From positions 1,229,904-1,271,418 of the forward strand of contig JAWQFM010000015.1 of NCBI GenBank assembly GCA_033442325.1: DNA of 41,515 nt, given 5' to 3'. Below, piece after piece: positions 39,478-41,515 of this stretch. The notes beneath the pieces are model-generated. The model was not told the DNA's origin. It saw only the letters and a program-made list of their open reading frames with translations, and ran no database searches. Made by a program: the position numbers and the translations under genes. The stretch's first letter is position 1. Every line of letters begins with the position of its first letter. The stretch comes from Salpingoeca rosetta (lineage: Eukaryota; Protista; Choanoflagellata).

Positions 39478-40328
39478 CACGCACACAACCAAAATCTCCG
39501 CCGCGACGACAACGGCAACAACGACGGCGACGCCAAGAAGAACACGCGAATTCCCGCTTGTTGATCTGCGTTTCAGGTCACCACCACACCGCTCAGTGGC
39601 CCACGAAGAGACGACCACAGGCAAGGATGGAAGAAAGAGATCGAGGGCACGGAAAGCGGAGAGGAAACGGAAGGAAGACGGAAGGCGAAGAGTGCGTGTG
39701 GCAGTGCCGAGTGTGCAGGCGTGCTTGTGACAGCGCGTGTGCGAGTGCTTGTGCTCGCTGCTGGTGGTGCCTGTGGTGTCAAAAGCGAGCTATGGAACCG
39801 AGCACAGCTAAGGGTGGGCGCACAGGGGAGGAGGGTAGTGAAGCGAAGCGAAGTGATGAAGTGTGACTGCCTGCCACCAACGAAAAGGCAGCGTGAGCGA
39901 AGTAAGGAGAAGCTGAGTGAGCGAGCAGGTGGGGAGAGAGGAGAGAGCGGGTGCGGAGTGTGACAGATGACGCCGTGGTGGTTGAGTGTGTGTGTATTTG
40001 GAGAGGGCAGTTGTGCGTTTGCGTTGTGTGCGTCTGAGAAACCACAGGGACGACTTGCACAAAATGGAAAGATTTGGCTCATTTGGGCGCGTCAGCAAAA
40101 AACCACGTCAACGTCAGCATTCTGTTGCTCCCTCTTGCGCCAGGAGGAGAGAACGAAGGAAAGAGAACGAGCGAAAGGGAAAGAAGACGAACACGCCACA
40201 CCACAACACACCACAACAAACCACACGAGCCAGCGACACAAGCCAGCGAGACAGGGAGGCCTGAAGTCCCACTCACAGCAAGCACAGCACGTACAAGCAA
40301 GCAAGCAACGCATAGCACAAACGAGGGC

Positions 40329-40439
40329 ATGTCTTTCTTCCAGCGTGTTGCCTCCTGGCTGGCCAACGAGGCCATTACCGGCTCGGTGAGTGGTGTTGTG
40401 TTGTGTGTACGTGTTGTGTTGTGTTGTGTTGTGTTGTGT

Positions 40440-40498
<59 letters not shown>

Positions 40499-41357
40499 AT
40501 GTGTGTGTAGTGTGTGTGTGTACATGTGTGTGTGTACATGTGTGTGTACATGTGTGTACATGTGTGGGTGTGTTGTGTATGTGGTTGTGTGTGTGTGTGT
40601 GGTTGTGTTGTGTACGTGTGTGTGTGTGTGTATGTGTGTGCGTGTGTCTGTGCCTGACTCTCCCCCTCTTTTTCCCCCTCTTTCCCCCTCCCGTTCTGCC
40701 TCCCTCTCCTCTGCCTCCCTCTTCCGCCCAACCTTTCTGTCTCTCACTGCTGCAAACACAACCATGTTACATTCCCACACAATTAATTGGCTGCAGCTTG
40801 CGCGGTCCAAGACATTCCAGCGGTTTGCACAGGTGTCTCACCAGCACGTGCAGAACATCTCCAGCCAAGGTGCGATGCCTTGTCGTATGACCTGATGTGC
40901 ATGCGTGTCATATGCCTTGTTGTGCGTGCCTGATGCGGTTCATTTCATAATCATGGAGGCAGGCGCCTTTGCTGTCGCTCACGTAATGTGATATTGTTTG
41001 TCACGTCATGCATGCAGGTGTGCGTGCCGCGGAGAAGCTCAAGTCGAGCGAAGCCGCTCGCAACCTTTCCTCAGAGGTGTGTGTGTGTCTGTGTGTCTGT
41101 CTGTGTGTGCTGGTGTGTGTATTTACCTGTGTTTTCACCTGCGTGAATGTAATCTTGTACCTGTACGTGTGCTTATTGCCTGCGTGTATGTATGGCCTGC
41201 GTGTGTTACGTGTTGTTGTTGCTGGTCGCTTGTTCCTGCAAAATACGCTCATCGCTGCCGTTGCCGCTGCTGCCACACTGTTGCGCGCTCGCAGGCAAAT
41301 CAGAAGTTTGGTCAGGTGCGAACATTCAGCCAAAGCTTCCTCCGCAACATCAAGGAG
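40329..41357 (+). CDS. Small conserved protein, NCBP2AS2-like; continues beyond the window
   Basis: Exons 40329-40385, 40797-40869, 41018-41076, 41295-41357 splice to MSFFQRVASWLANEAITGSLARSKTFQRFAQVSHQHVQNISSQGVRAAEKLKSSEAARNLSSEANQKFGQVRTFSQSFLRNIKE. The LANE..LA.S.TFQRFA motif resembles this family; the assignment is from memory. Confidence 0.6.
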
Positions 41358-41394
41358 GTATGCGCTTATGCTTAAGAGAGAGAGAGAGAGAGAG

Positions 41395-41437
<43 letters not shown>

Positions 41438-41515
41438 CTTTACTGTGTTGAGTAATGCATCCCACGTGCCGCGAGTAACAGGGGCGCTTATGTGTGTGGT
41501 TGTTTTTTTTTTTTT

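Overview
Eukaryotic, intron-rich draft sequence with four N gaps, GT-AG introns packed with (CA)n/(GT)n microsatellites and holozoan gene content; the style suggests a choanoflagellate such as Salpingoeca rosetta (inference). I can reconstruct ten genes by hand-splicing: a 5'-truncated membrane-anchored Kunitz/Tyr-Gly-Asp-repeat/VWC/tyrosinase/Kazal mosaic protein; a PD-(D/E)xK nuclease + protein kinase fusion resembling Crinkler-RHS effectors; EIF1AD; a Q-rich hypothetical protein; a Yorkie/YAP-like WW protein; TIM50 and an SLC26A11-like transporter that run into each other and both lack their 3' halves; a divergent cyclin; Bicaudal-C; and a small NCBP2AS2-like gene. The most striking signal not explained by these genes is a ~400-nt compositionally foreign, densely base-paired element (18481-18887) in intron 1 of the Yorkie-like gene, folding on the antisense strand. 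A similar ~140-nt element lies in a Bicaudal-C intron (34941-35079), and a weaker candidate is at 10390-10550. All structures were read by eye, not computed.
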